Below are positions 12,004-26,091 of a DNA stretch of 64,000 nucleotides, one piece after another (the stretch's first letter is position 1; each line of letters starts with the position of its first letter). This stretch comes from Neoechinorhynchus agilis. Lineage: Eukaryota > Animalia > Acanthocephala. The DNA is taken from the NCBI GenBank assembly GCA_051530055.1, contig CM121343.1:652389-716388 (forward strand), given 5' to 3'. Below the pieces are notes generated by a model that was given only the letters and a program-made list of their open reading frames with translations, did not search any database and was not told where the DNA came from. The translations under genes and the position numbers were made by a program.

Positions 12004-14303
12004 GAGTAATTGAATGCTAAAACGCTAAGGACGAGTAACTTTGTAAGGACACAAATATCTGCTCGATCTATAGAAAACGAAGAAATATTGATCAACGGAC
12101 GAGCACATATATAAGCTATGAAGACAAGCGGAGACGAACTAATCGAGGAATTATTCCCTGAAAGCTAATTAGTTACACGGCAACACAAACATATATCGAC
12201 GACAGTGCTCTTACCGACTGGATGGAATCAAGGACTTGAAGTATTCTACTTTCGGACTTCTTCAAAAACCGGGATCAAATGTTCGCGTTTGTTGTTAGAG
12301 AGAGACACGCACGCAAGCTTTACTGTTTGCCTGATGATAAACTGGCTAAATCCGGTTGTCACAAAAACCATTATATCCTCTGACACTAATGATGACCGGG
12401 CCTGCAACCAATTATTTCACCCCAGTGTGCTGTTTCCAACTCCTCCGTCATCACATTTGAGTGGCCAATGTATTTTTCAGATTATAAAAGGCGACTTGTC
12501 CACATATACCGCAAACCATTAAACATTGTTGCTATCTATATCCGCGACCACATTATCGCTAATATGAACCGGAAAGTTGTACCGACTGGGAAGTGAGAAT
12601 ATCAAATTAAAAAGAGTAGACTTATCTTATGAAAGAGCGATAACCCGCTGCTGGTAACTTGACGAAAATGCTGCTTTGTCTCACACATTCACTTGGTGTA
12701 GATGTACATTATCGCCCAGTTGCATTTAAGATCCACTTAGCCCCTTTTTTGTTCAGCCGCCTTTTGCCATCTAGAAATATCATACACTTTGCGATTTATT
12801 AGTGGACCATAGAAAGTACAACATTTAACCTTGCTCCTATCATTTGATTCGCTTCATGATCTTATTTAATTATCTCAATTACATTACATCGCGAATTTCG
12901 CTAAGTACGGAATTGGGTTACAGCTTTCGTCGGATAATTAGAAATCTCGCCAAATCACTATGTAAGCTGCCCTGCGGTGTATCGATTGCCACTTGCTTCT
13001 TCGTTTATATTGAGATATACTAATAATATGCAAAGTCGATCGTCTTAAGTACACAGCACAATTTATGCGAATCACGATGTGTTTCAGCGAAATGGATTTA
13101 TCTTGCAAAAATCAATTAAAATGCTTAAAGTAATTCAGAAGATTTTTTGAACTCACTGTATACATACATCGCGATGTATGATTAACGATCTTATTAAATA
13201 ATAAAATGAAACATAACGATCACTTTAGATAATTTGTCGCGGTTTATGCTCAATTAGTTTTGGGAGATAATTTTAGTTAGTGGACATATTCGCGGTCAGT
13301 AGCATAAACCAATACTTCTTTATTGCATCCAATCAGGTCACATAAAAAATGATGTTCAAATTTTTAACAAAATCCTTTTATCATTGCGAACACATTTCTA
13401 ACTGCTACGTCATGTTCTTCAAATTTAAGCTAGTAAATTACATGACAGTAAACCAAATTGGTTTTTCTTATTGTTGTCGGTATAAATATCACATTATTGG
13501 CATTAAAATCAAAAAAGGAAATGGACGACAAAATAGTGGCTGAATATCGTTACTACATTGTATCCTAAAATCTAAGCAATCATAATTATTAAAAGTGATT
13601 GGGAACGATAATCATTGCGGCAAGATGCTTTCTGTTTCCTCATTGGCTATAAAAAACCCAAAAATGTATGTATTTGGTACACATGTCAATAAATCGTATA
13701 AATGTTTCTGTTTGTTTCACATAAATGCAAATGTTTGATTATTTAAGTCATGTAATAGACGAGATTTTAAAGGATATTTTTGTCTGCTGACAAAATGACA
13801 GATTCGGTTATTTGTGAAATCTCGGAATATTAAATGTAATGTAAATAACTACAAGTAACTCTGATGAGGTGTATGAAGGAACTAAAGTTTAAAGAAACAT
13901 TGACTTGTGCTTACGGATTCTCTTGTTCTTGCTTAGTGTCAATGCCCACATAGACTGAAGTACTTATGAATAAAGTTAATTTGCATGCATTTCTATGTCT
14001 GCATTGTTGGCAAAATAATGCGCAAAACGTTTGTGGTTGTTGGATGTCTGTGTGTGTGGCGAACAAATCCACTAGTATGAGACTAATCTAATAATTATTT
14101 ACCACTTTAAAGACGCGAGTGCCAAAATCTGGTTGGCTTGGTGGAAGTCTAAAGTGCGCGAGAATAACACTTTAGTGCAAACGCGTAGGTGCCGTCTCAC
14201 AGTGCATGCGCCAATCAGCATTTTGGCAAAAGCACAGCTGCAAAACACTTTCTTTATTCTTAACTCTTTCTCAAAGATCCAGTAGACAGCCACAATTAGC
14301 TCA

Positions 14304-16107
14304 ATGAGGGTCATGACTATGATTGCTCGCAATGTGAACACCGATGCAGCAGGGAATAGCAATTTACAAACTCAAAGAACTTTGAGATCAAACAAAAACT
14401 TTACAATCGACTATCTCCTTTCATCCGATAATAGTGCTGACGATTGCGCTACCGCCGATATGGAAAAATGTGTTCGGGTCGAACTGGAAAATAGAAAGCT
14501 GTGGAAGGAATTCTATCGAACCGGCACTGAAATGGTAATCACGAAATCTGGAAGGTAAGCGTCCGTCTGGTCTTAATGTAACTTTACTTTTTGAACTCCA
14601 CTCCAAAGAAACCGATGCGTTTGATTTTAATGTTGCTACTGTTAACAACATAATGAAACTACAATGCAGTTTACTTTAAGTATTCACAGATCAAAGAACT
14701 AGAGATGCTCTATTCTGTGTTTTGTGTAATCCCTTAACATCAACGGTCTACGCGAGTTATTCTTCAGATATTCCACTGGGAATGCATGCTAAGAATCGCC
14801 ACTACATTTACAAATTATAAATTAATAATATTCAATCTTCGTTTGTTTCTATGTTCGTATGAGGCAAGTTGTGCTAGTCGACGATCTGTTATATTTCAGC
14901 AGAGCACCTCAAATAATGCGTCGATTTATTCCATTTGCACCATTTAGACGAATGTTTCCTGCTTTCAAGGTAAAAGTGACAGGACTTCAACCACAAGGGA
15001 AATATGCAATGATGATGGACATTGTACCGAGCGATGACTGTAGATATAAGTTCAATAACTCAAAATGGGCCGTAGCTGGAAAATCCGATCCTGAGATGCC
15101 AAGACGAATGTATATTCATCCTGAATCTCCCTCAACTGGACAGCATTGGATGTCTAAGTTGATATCTTTTCATAAATTGAAATTAACCAACAATTTGTCC
15201 GATCACCAAGGATTTGTAAGTATTAATTATTTAGCAATCGACTTACCGCAAGTATATTTTTTATTTAAAATTTTCAAAGTCAATATTAAATTCAATGCAT
15301 AAATATCAACCACGATTCCATGTGGCCATTTTGAGCAATGGTCAAAAGTGCACTTATTGCGATACAAAGACGTTTGTGTTTCCTGAAACCTCATTTATTG
15401 CAGTTACAGCCTATCAGAATGATAAGGTAGTAATAATTTGTTAAGAACTCTCAAGTAAACACACAGACTAACAGATCACGCAATTGAAAATTGATAATAA
15501 TCCGTTCGCTAAGGGTTTCAGAGATACTGGCCTTTGTAACAGAATGAAGAGGTCCGCCAACGAGGAAATTCATAGTTCGTTTTCGGTACCAACTAAACGA
15601 TCCAGAAATGCATTTGAGTTTGGCCGTGAATACCATAGAACTGTCGGTCATCTGAGCAAAAAAAATGATGAATTAGAACTATCGTCTAAAATGCCACAAT
15701 CATCAATCTTCGAGCTTAATAATTCTTCTCATAATCGAATAAAGTTTAAAGACAAATGCGATGGATTTAATGAAGAAATATCTCATATGAATGCTAGAAT
15801 TTTGAACGCGGGATACTTCGATTTCATGACGATCGTGAACCAAGCAGCTATTCAGTTTCGACCTCAACAATCAAGATCACTTACAACTTCCAAAATGGAA
15901 AAGTTTACTTCCGGTGAGATCTTCGTTTTAAGCATCGCTCCAATTTTTGTCAAAGCAGGTAGCAAATGCGGCGCAAGATTTCATCAGCCCTGGAGAAATA
16001 CTATAAGTGACATATCTCATATATCTTTAGAGAAAACATATCAGCAAATCGATCAGATCCGTTCGAATTTTTATGACGAAAAGAAGATCAATGGTTCACT
16101 CCTATAA
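14304..16107 (+). CDS. TBX2: T-box transcription factor, TBX2/3 (omb) subfamily; introns 14555-14947, 15216-15279, 15427-15474
   Basis: [98 protein letters not shown]; eh1-like FTIDYLL near the N-terminus. Confidence 0.95.
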
Positions 16108-18714
16108 ACCATTTGATTGCAATCACACTGTCGTTATGGTCAAATCGAGAATTGCTAAGAAACGGTATGGTTAACGCAAAAAAACGTTAATGTAATTTGT
16201 TCGCTCCAAACCAACCATTGTTGAGTATTTGCCGCATTGTAATTGGTGGAATAAATAATAAAAATTTAAATTCATTTTAAATCAAGAAACCTTAAGTCAC
16301 GCTATGAATTAAAACCTAGCGTACTGTTTTTTTCATCATTTGCAGAAAGCTCAATTAGCATTACAAATTTTTTAAGCTTGCGGATGCATAATGAATTGAA
16401 AAAAAAACGTCTTCAGTTCTTTATTGCGTTGACGATTATTTTGACCTATTAATCTAAAAACATTTAATCTACCGTTAGGTATTTAAGCTTATACTTAGCA
16501 TCAATACGCAGCTTGGTTCCGGTCAAGCGCGTACTTCAACGTCGACGATCTTAACATTATAATAATAGAATATTAGAGTACCTGTCAGAATAGGGCAAGT
16601 TATTGTATTTTACATTAAAGAGAATATCCTGAGGTATACGCAAACTTATTGAGAATATATAATTTTTTTGCTGTATCTACAAAACGTGGATTCAAGAGTG
16701 CTAAATAAGAGATTAAAAGACTCATTTGAAGTCATTGGTCGTTTTGACTTCTGCACCACCAGATTTTTAATGAGATTAATAATTATGGATGCCTCATATG
16801 TGTCGTGGTTAATCAACGATTCGAATTGTCAACAACTCAACTAACGGCGACTTGAACAAGAGACTCTTAGTTAAAGTTCAATCGATCCACAAATATACGG
16901 AAAATACTCCTGCAGGATCAACTTTTTGCAGATTTCGATTGATGTAATGAAGAATACCCAATGAAGTGCTTTAAAAATTCGGAAAATAAAGTTTTCGTAT
17001 ACGATAGGACAAAGTGTCACCATTGACAATCAAATACACTGATATATCCGTTTACTCATTCGCTATTAAGCAAATAAATGTAAGGTAAATTTCCCTATGT
17101 TTTGACTAATCCAAGGATAAAGACCATCCAATCACCGGTTGAGAAATTTATAATGCACTTAAGCAGATTTTTTTACACTCCTCACTGCGGAAGTGGGATA
17201 ACGAAATTGTCGGTCTTTAAGGATTTATCTTTAATTTAATATAATCTTCAATTTTCTTTTGATCTAGTCATATTCCGTGAATATTTGAGCGAATTTCATT
17301 TCAAAAGTGTTTTCCTTGCTTCGATTTTTAAAATGGTTACCGATTCGTTATATCCAAAATTATGTTCGTATTTTTGCACTTTAAACGGCAAGTGAATATT
17401 TAATCCTTGATGTCTATAAATACTTCGGTTTTATTAAATTTCGATCAGATACCCTAAGTCAGTAATTGATTTTTTTTGATATACTTGAAATATTTTTTAT
17501 GGGCGATATTTCTAATTGTTAATGAATACTCAGCTCACGAAGTGATTTTATCTTTTGTGAATGATTAATTATGCTGCAATACAAATTTCAGCCAATCAGA
17601 AATCGCCCACCGAGGTCCATAGTTTCATGGATTTCAGTTAGGAACTTTCGTCTTTACTTTCGTTTAGCGCGAGCCAAAGAATCGTTTAATATTTAAAACG
17701 ACATACCTATTGAAGTGTCATAGCTGAACTATTGCAAATATCGACTAAACAAAAATCAGCTTGGATCAGAACTCAATCTGTAGCAATTATTAGTGATTGA
17801 TTTAAATGTGTAAGAACCATACTTTCCAGTTTTAACAAAAAAAATGTAAATTTAAAAATTAATTATCGAATTTTTTGGCATATTGAGAGGTTTTTGCGAG
17901 CTAAACCCCATCTACGCATGCTCCCAAAATATAATGCATGAATAAGCTTATTGAATGCTTAATATTTTTGTTGCTGTTAGATAGAGGCCCTCAATAGATT
18001 CATGGTTTGCTGAAGGTGCAAAAGATGGAAACGTAATTTCGCAATGAGTGGCTGCCATGATTTATGAGTCAAGATTTTAATATAAGGCATTGGGAAATCA
18101 AGAATGCATCTCAATGTCCATTTGAGATGCTTTAAGACATCGCAATTCTGTCAAATATGCAAATAACTGAACGTGATTTGTAAAAACCATTAATGTGCTG
18201 TCTAACTACCAATTTCTTAAATCCTTAGCGATCAATTGTCATAATAAATTCTCGTTCATGAGTAATTGAACTTAGTTTAATTTTTTCAATGCCTAGCTTC
18301 GCCAAGTAGTTATGCGAATTAATTCGGGGGGTTTAGTACTTTCCGCATGCGGCCTTATTTCGAGTGGCCATTATGATAATAACAGATTGGTTTTCTAACG
18401 GAAGCGATTGAGAAAATGGTTCATAACTAGGAATCCTTCAGAGACTTGTTTCTCAGCTTCCTGAGTTTTTCCTTCAAAATTGAAGTGAATCATAAGCATC
18501 CCGCGCCATGATCCATCTTCAATGTCAAGACTTTTACTTCCTCAAAGTGACATGTCATTTTAGCGGTGACTCCCAAATCCAAAAACCAAGCAATTTCAAA
18601 ATTAGGACATCCTGCACTTGTTCCTAAATTCGTCCCAATGATCCGCAATAACACACTCCATAGAAAAACAAAAAACTTTTCATCGTCAGTGTTATCAAAT
18701 TTAAGAAGATCCTT

Positions 18715-18990
18715 TTTTACTGCAAGGTGCCGTCCTGGTGTAACGGTCGAATGGACGGATGCAGCGTTCCCTCGTTGGCTCTGTTTTGTAGGATGAATAT
18801 TCCTGATCTCTGATCGCCATTGATTCGTCTCAATCTCTTAGACAATTGCTTGACCAGATCCTGTGCCGCGGTACCAAACGACCCGGGCGTCTCGACACCA
18901 AAGGGGGCAAAATAATGATTTCGACTCAGGCCCCTGTATTTTGTCCTTTTGCGTTCCTCAGGGGCGGATTTCGATTAGGTCGGCATCGTC
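18715..18990 (-). mobile_element. 3' fragment of CRE-like RLE retrotransposon
   Basis: Minus strand (with frameshifts) reads EERK.TKYRGLSRNHYFAPFGVETPGSFG...RLRRINGDQRSG...QRGNAASV. Confidence 0.75.
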
Positions 18991-21844
18991 CTTAAAGCTA
19001 TTAATTTAAACGGTCAATGTTTAAACTTTTAAGGTCCGTTTGAAGGTTTTAGTTCACCGACGCGTATATTTATGAAGAACTTATCATAAGAAGACTCCTT
19101 TTATGGCATTCCCACGGCTCGGATTATAATTAGCCTCATAAGTATTCATTTGCGCAGTTTTGTTCCACAATAATCTTCATATTATCATTATTTGTTTTGT
19201 ATCCAGAAAGGGAGTCATTAGGATTTGATCAGTTATGGTATCTGAACCTTACTTCGTGATCGACCTTCAGTCATTTTCTAAAGGACTTCGTATAAAGCCA
19301 TGGAGTTAACAAAGCTTGTCCCAAATGTATCCTGAGTTTAAATAACAGCTAGAGAACGCACCGATAATGTTGCTAAGCCAGAATGATGGTGTTGAATCCA
19401 ATGCAACTTAAAAAAAGAGATCATCTTGATCTGGCCAGTTAAATTCCATAGTGTTCGGAACGTATAGAAATCAGTAGCTTCATTATGTAATGTGTTGTTG
19501 CCTGTGTTCAATTTTAAAGTTTACAGCAATTACAAAAATCAGGAGCCGTAGAAAATAACGTACTGTAGTCAATTTTAATGAATCAAATGTGCCAGAATCG
19601 CTGAAAATTTAGTCACTTATTATGTTACTTTAAGAATCCCACTATGCGAATTCTAAAAGTGGAAAACGAATTCCATGCACTTACCCATCCCATAAAATCT
19701 TTGCAGAATCAAATGAAGCAATCAATTCTCATCTTTTACGGTATTCATCTACTTTTCTACGAATTTTTCTAACCTGTCATTTTTGCCTACATTAGACTAA
19801 TAAAGAAAATAGTTCCCTCCAGTAACAAAAAAATACCCTTAAATAACCTTAAGATGATACGAAATCCATAAAACCAACATTGTTGCTGATTATTAATTTT
19901 TATATGCCACTGTCGGGCATGCAAGTGAGCAGCCGCAATGCCAATTAAGCCACGTTTTTTTATGTTAAATAGCGCATACATTCCACAATCCACTTCATCA
20001 AATTCCTATTGGTAAAAATAATTGACGACAAAAGTTCAGCGTCAAATGGTAGTGCGAGAATTGAGTACGAAAAATCTATTATTTGATTCATCGAATCGAA
20101 CCCATTTTTTGGTCGACGATTCATACCACTCCGCTGGTTTTTCCTTTCTCGAAATAAGATTTCCAAGTTCTGATGGTCGAAAATCATTGTGCTGTTTTCC
20201 TGATCGAGCATTCCCTGTCGATTTTCGTTCCAATCACTGCTGATTGAGTTGATTAAGAGTTCATTTGCTAATGATCACACTACAACCGATTTTCATGTCC
20301 TAATTATAAAGTTTCTTTAAGTGAACAACAAACATTGACCACAAGTCATTATTTTTATTATTTACGGTTTTATAAGGAAAATTTGGGTCGTCCAAGGGCA
20401 TTAGTGTACCACTCAGTCGATTGTGAGTGGATTAATTAAATTATTCGCCTTTTAAGCTCTACGCAAGCACGAACATGAGTTATTGTTAGGAAGGTAGAAG
20501 CTCCTAGCGTTGAGTGTTGACATTTCGTTAAAATGACGATGGATTGTCGTCTATTCCCCTTCCTACACCGCCTTCGCTTCCCGTTCTAGCGACATTGTTC
20601 ACCTTTGTGAATGAATTGCTTCTTTTGCGCTGGTCCTCGGCATTATAGTTTGAAGGGAGTATTGATTGGACAAAAAGGGATAAATGTATTGCTAATCGAA
20701 TAAAAGGGTGCCCACACGGGATAATACCGAATCCGTCATCGCACAACGATAAACACAATTTGTGGATGTTGTCACTATGTGAGTACTGTAACACATCCAC
20801 GAGTTGTTGTATTGGCCAATAAGGCGATTTTTTCGACACCTCCAAAACGAGTTGGCTTAATCTTCGGGGGGGGAAGGGGTTCAGCGAAGATGCGCACTGG
20901 TTCTAGCGGCACACAAATCCCCCAGCCGTACTTATGCCAATCCTATTTTCGCGCTTGTTTCAGCCCCTCCCTTCGTGATCGCTGTATCATCCTCAGAGCA
21001 AGAAAACGCAATCTCAATACAAGACAAGCAAAACACTTCCACCACTTCCAGCAGCCACCATCGTTACCGACTACACCGCCTCCATCATCATCATCATCAT
21101 CATCACCACCATCCACGCAGCCACTCGTGACAAAGGAACGAAAAACTACAGTCAACAAAAAAGAAGTGCACGGAATTATGTGCAGTAGCTGTAGTGGGGC
21201 GGGTGGAAGCCCCGATAGTAGTTCCTGTGGAATCAATGATGGGAATGAAAGGATGCCGAACACTCTTGGCCTGGCCGTTATCAACTCAACACATCTAACG
21301 TGAGTATTTATATCGATATCTATATAACACCTCCCAATCAAGGCTTCCTTTGTCACGCTGGAGAATTCCATTTCGACGACCACACTACCGAAATCTTCGC
21401 TAGAATTTTAAATCTCGTCAATTCTAAGAATATTATCCAACGGAGAGATGAAATCTAGAGGACTGAAAAAAGTTCCCTATATTGGTTCTAAGAATGAAGA
21501 TAGCTTTTATAAAAATTATAAGGACATGCTTAGAATTTTAGGCTCAAAAAGCTTGTAATTTTCAGACAAAAACCCACTTTATGGCACAGCACATCAACTT
21601 GGATACCCACTTTTTGAAGAATCCTGTTGGTTGTATGATAGCCAAAAAATATAGGGAAGGCAGAGACGAACTCTGGGTGATCCATTTTTTAAACAGCTGA
21701 TTCCTTGAACGATACTTATTTAAATCTAACAAAATATCCTTCCCTTATCATCCAATGGCTTTAGGATTTGTCTACAAAAACGCTTTCAATTTTTTCTTAT
21801 TAATTTTAGTCATCGATAGAAAGTCCTTCGGGATAATAAAATTA

Positions 21845-22019
21845 CACTTTCGGTGAGAATAATCCCGGTCATTACATATTTTATTTATTCGAAATATTTC
21901 GCGAGGTATCCTCGCCTCTTCAGTCATTGTTAAAGTGTTTTATTCGCGGCGAGGATGCCTCGCGAAATATTTTGAATAAATAAAATATGTAATGACCGGG
22001 ATTATTCTCACCGAAAGTG
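21845..22019. mobile_element. 175-bp MITE with about 72-bp near-perfect terminal inverted repeats, flanked by TA
   Basis: ta|cactttcggtgagaataatcccggtcattacatatttt... pairs with ...aaaatatgtaatgaccgggattattctcaccgaaagtg|ta; a TA target duplication is typical of Tc1/mariner-derived MITEs. Confidence 0.88.
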
Positions 22020-22491
22020 TAATTAATTTTAGTTTTTTTGAACATCCATAAAAGTTCTCAATTGGTCCCTACCGACTAAAATTCGTGATTGATACATTCC
22101 CGTGTTTTGTATGACTAAAATTATATTCTTCGACATGGTTTTTGATTGCGAACTAATGATTTGTACGTTGCTAAATAAAAATGTAAATTGCCCCCAAATT
22201 GATCTTGAATTTTTTGTGACTCATCCGTTTTTTTGGGAGGGGGGATAACCGCAATGGCTATATCTTTGAGCGATGATATTTACTTTTTTTTCAGACATTG
22301 TTTCAAGGATAATTAAAAACCCTAAATGAGGTGCTCAGGTAACGATGTTAGACAAGGATTAGATCGTGATGCTTGCTGTGATAGATTTAGTACCTTCGCG
22401 ATATGTGCCTAATTTCAATAATTAGTTTCCCTTTTTTTTTGAACCAACATAATATATTTTTAACAATTCAAACAATCTGTTTGAAGCACAC

Positions 22492-22760
22492 TCACCACCT
22501 CCCGCCGAATTCCAGCTTTTGTCCTTCCTCGACCGTCGCCTTCACGCTGGCAGCATTGCCCCGTTGTACTGCTAGCGAGATATTTTGTCGAAGGAATACG
22601 CCTGCTCTTGAGTCTCCGGTTGCCTCTCTCAATTTCTTCGAGAAATCCTGGAGCAGAGAGAGTGCCGAGCTGCCGAGCACTCCATACGTCTCTACCCCAA
22701 AGGGGACAAAATAGTGAGCCCTCGATAACTTATTGGATTCAATAGTTTTTACCACAGACG
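22492..22760 (-). mobile_element. 3' fragment of CRE-like RLE retrotransposon
   Basis: HYFVPFGVETYGVLGSSALSLLQDFSKKLREATGDSRAGVFLRQNISLAVQRGNAASVKATVEEG...GRW*. Confidence 0.85.
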
Positions 22761-22915
22761 CCTCTTCTTCATTGCGTACGACCTTTAAAGATGAGGACGT
22801 TTCGAAAGTCGTCGAATTCATGATCAGTTCGAAAAACCCCAGAACTGATTATTCTGCTCTCACACGCACTTATGATTGCATTGTTGGAGTTTGTAGCCTC
22901 GTTTGTAGCAGCACA

Positions 22916-25900
22916 ATGGTGAACCATAAGGGCGTGTGAGAGCAACAGAACGTCTTTTCTAATTATATGGCCCGACGGCCCCTCAAATTTTTTTTAGGTA
23001 CATCAATGATTTCCGAGTTGAGCAATGCCAATTGTTTCTGCAGCACAAATGTAGTCAGCATAGGCCATATACGTGTTTTTTTTGGCATTTCATGAACCAA
23101 CGTCGACGGCGTCCCCATGTTTACACGGATGGATTATACAATTACAATTGTGATATTTATTGCGACTCTTACGACGAACAGACTGGTATTTGTGCCAATG
23201 GTGACTCGTAAGTAATTAGCTTCAAGTCACAAGGGGCATTTTCTCTATTTCCTTAAATAGTTGCCCTTTGGTTCACCGAAATGCTGGTGATACCGAGAGA
23301 CGTTATCATCCCATCTACTACAAAACGGCGTGGTGCACCTTCCAAACGGATAAAAGAGGCAATTGTGTTAAAAACGGTGCACATTGTGCGCTGGCTCATA
23401 CACCGTCAGATGTAAGGATAAGCTCTCTGTCTATATTGTGCGATGCAGAAAGTGCATTTGAACGCAGCCAATATATTTTATCGGTTCTAGAAAGAGATAG
23501 GCAAGCTAATGATGATCCTAAATGGAACGGTGAGTAGAGATTGTTCAATCACTCTTTAAACAAAACGATTTAGACACTCTATATGTCTTAGAGTGGTATA
23601 AAACGGAACCTTGTAAACGACCAGCCAGAATTTGCCGGCAAGGTTATGCTTGCCCTCAGTATCATAATCCAAGGGATAGAAGACGAAATCCCTTTGTTTT
23701 TACCTATAGGTAAGAAGGTTTAGGTTACATATTGAATCAAAAGGGAAAAACAGGTCAACCCCTTGTCCGAACGTGAAACAATCGGACGAATGGAATGAAC
23801 CAAGTTTGTGTGAAAGTGGAGATCTTTGCGCCTTTTGTCATACGCGAACGGAACAACAGTTTCATCCCGAGGTGCTTTATCAGTCTTAAAAAAGCGATAC
23901 TTCGACTTTCCATTACAGATCTATAAGACAACAAAGTGCAATGACATTGTTCAACACATGTACTGTCCTAGAGGCACGTTTTGTGCTTTTGCTCATTCAG
24001 AAGGTTCAACAAACTTAACCACTCACTCACTCACATTATTATCACTTCTAGTCCTAATAGGAGATCTGAAGGAGAACCGAGATTCACGTTCTAGTCAATC
24101 ATCGCATTCCCTTATCAACAACGAGGTCTCTGCCAAAACTCAGGATAAAAAACAACAACAATACAGGCAAGAAAATGAATTCAGCTCCTCTACACCACGT
24201 ACACCCTCGCCCCAATACGTAAGTAATCAATATGAAACGGTTCAATTGTCACAATAATCTGTACGGACTTAGTCGTCCACGTCGTGGAAGCCGGCTGCGC
24301 TTCAAACACCACTTATTCAAGCGGCTACATCAAGACAATTGGAATCTCCTAGAAAACTTCAAGCGCAGATAAAGCTACATACATCGGATTCAAATTTACT
24401 GTCTCCACATCAACAATATGGACAATTATCAGAAAAATCCGTTAATCTGTAAGTTTTGTCGCGATAACCAATGAATCACACTTATTGTCCTCATTCAAGG
24501 GAAGCATTTTCAAAGTTATCTTTGGTTAAAAATGATAACCGTGCATCTGTAAGGACTATTGCGCCCCCGCCTGGACTCGAAAACGAAGCCGCTATTGAAC
24601 ACGAGTCGTTCAGTCCATCGGTGCTAACGTCCAGGCTAAAGCTTGGTAGTCAATTGTCCTCGTCGTTTGGAGGGCTTGCCAGTACAGGAAGCGATGATAG
24701 ATACCCTTTTGAACATCAAACATCACTGGAACAAATGATTTCAAGAAGTCTAGAGAATATAGGAATTAATACGTCGTCATCTAATGATTTCGAAGGTAGT
24801 ATTTGAGTAGTTGTAAAGCCCACGCACTAATCGCTGCTATCCAATAGACGACTCGTTTCCGTACACTTCACGATCCAGAATTAAAGATAGCGATTGTCAG
24901 AAATACGGCGAAGGTAAAATCTTGTGATTTGGATGGATATAAGCAACTGAAACTAATTTAGACCTCCAATTCTGCTTAACTCCGGTGTCATTATCGCCAA
25001 CTCCACAGCGACGCCAGCAAGACATAAATAATCAGCGAACATCTTCAAAGTATGGGAGTATTGGTGAACGCAGAAAGCTATTTCAAAATCAAGTATCACC
25101 TCAAGATTATGGCACGTCTCATTCACCAGAAGCGGATACATCCATCTACGGAAGCGATTTAAACGCCAATCATCTAAAAGTACCTGCATTATTTGTGAGA
25201 GTTAGAGCGTGAGCAAAACAGTTCGTTATAATTTTTTCTTTAAACTTAGGATTCCATTCACTCGCGAAGTTGTTCATCATCGCCAGGAACCATATATAGT
25301 ACACTCGCGTCAAGCTCACATAAAGGTAGCAAATAAGAACATGGAGTGTTTTTTTGAGCGAAAAATCCTAAATTAGAAGGCGGTGTAGCAAAGACTTGTC
25401 ATTCGGACGCATCGATGATAATGGCATTCGCGGAAAAATCGATGTTGGAGAAAGAAGTGGATTGGCTTAGGAGTAAAGTTGCGTCTCTTGAAGGATGCAT
25501 TTCAAAGCAGAAACAAGTTAGTAGTAAATAAGCGTTAATTTGTCCAAAAGAAAACATTTATGGACTAAAGGCGCTGGAAATGATGCAGGATCATGCTCAA
25601 AAGGCATCACTTAGATCTGAACATTTGGAACGTGAACGTAACGAACTCACCTCCAAATACACCGAAGTAAGTACCACTCTTGAGTTCATTTGTCTCTAAC
25701 ACGTTCGCGCGCGCGCGCGTGCAAGGCACTCAATGAGTTAAGCGAACTGAAGCGAATCAACAGCAGAGATGCTGAGCTTATTTGGTCAGATCAGAAATCT
25801 GAAGAAGTCCCTACAATGCAGTCATCTCCGAACTATATAAGTCATCATCGGAAACATTTCACTTCAGTATCGTCGCTGTGGAATGCTTCGAGACCAAATG

Positions 25901-26091
25901 AGTGCTTGAAGCCAAATGTAGTTGAACTTGACGATGATGTATCCGGCCGTGGACGGTACAGTGGCGATGAACAATTGAATAAAGAACAAGAAAGTAGCCG
26001 GTCATCCGAAAATGAAAGTATAAGTTCAATCATTGAGTTAGCGGCAATCAACGATGCTCTTGATCAGACAAAAGGTCGAACTTCAAATTAG
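22916..26091 (+). CDS. UNK: Unkempt-family RNA-binding protein with six CCCH zinc fingers and a C-terminal coiled coil; multi-exon, start and distal exons approximate
   Basis: FRVEQCQLFLQHKCSQHRPYTCFFWHFMNQRRRRP, YKTAWC...CVKNGAHCALAH, YKTEPCKRPARICRQGYACPQYHNPRDRRRNP, STPCPNVK..DEWNEP, EQQFHPEIYKTTKCND..YCPRGTFCAFAH; introns 23208-23260, 23530-23573, 23710-23753, 23872-23918. Confidence 0.93.

Noticed and set aside
18380-18560. Possible Penelope GIY-YIG C-terminal remnant on the minus strand
   Set aside because: Only a few residues resemble the motif and a frameshift must be assumed.
23412-23448. Apparent 37-bp GT-AG intron in unkempt
   Set aside because: Splicing it introduces a stop; the unspliced frame is open and aligns with the family.
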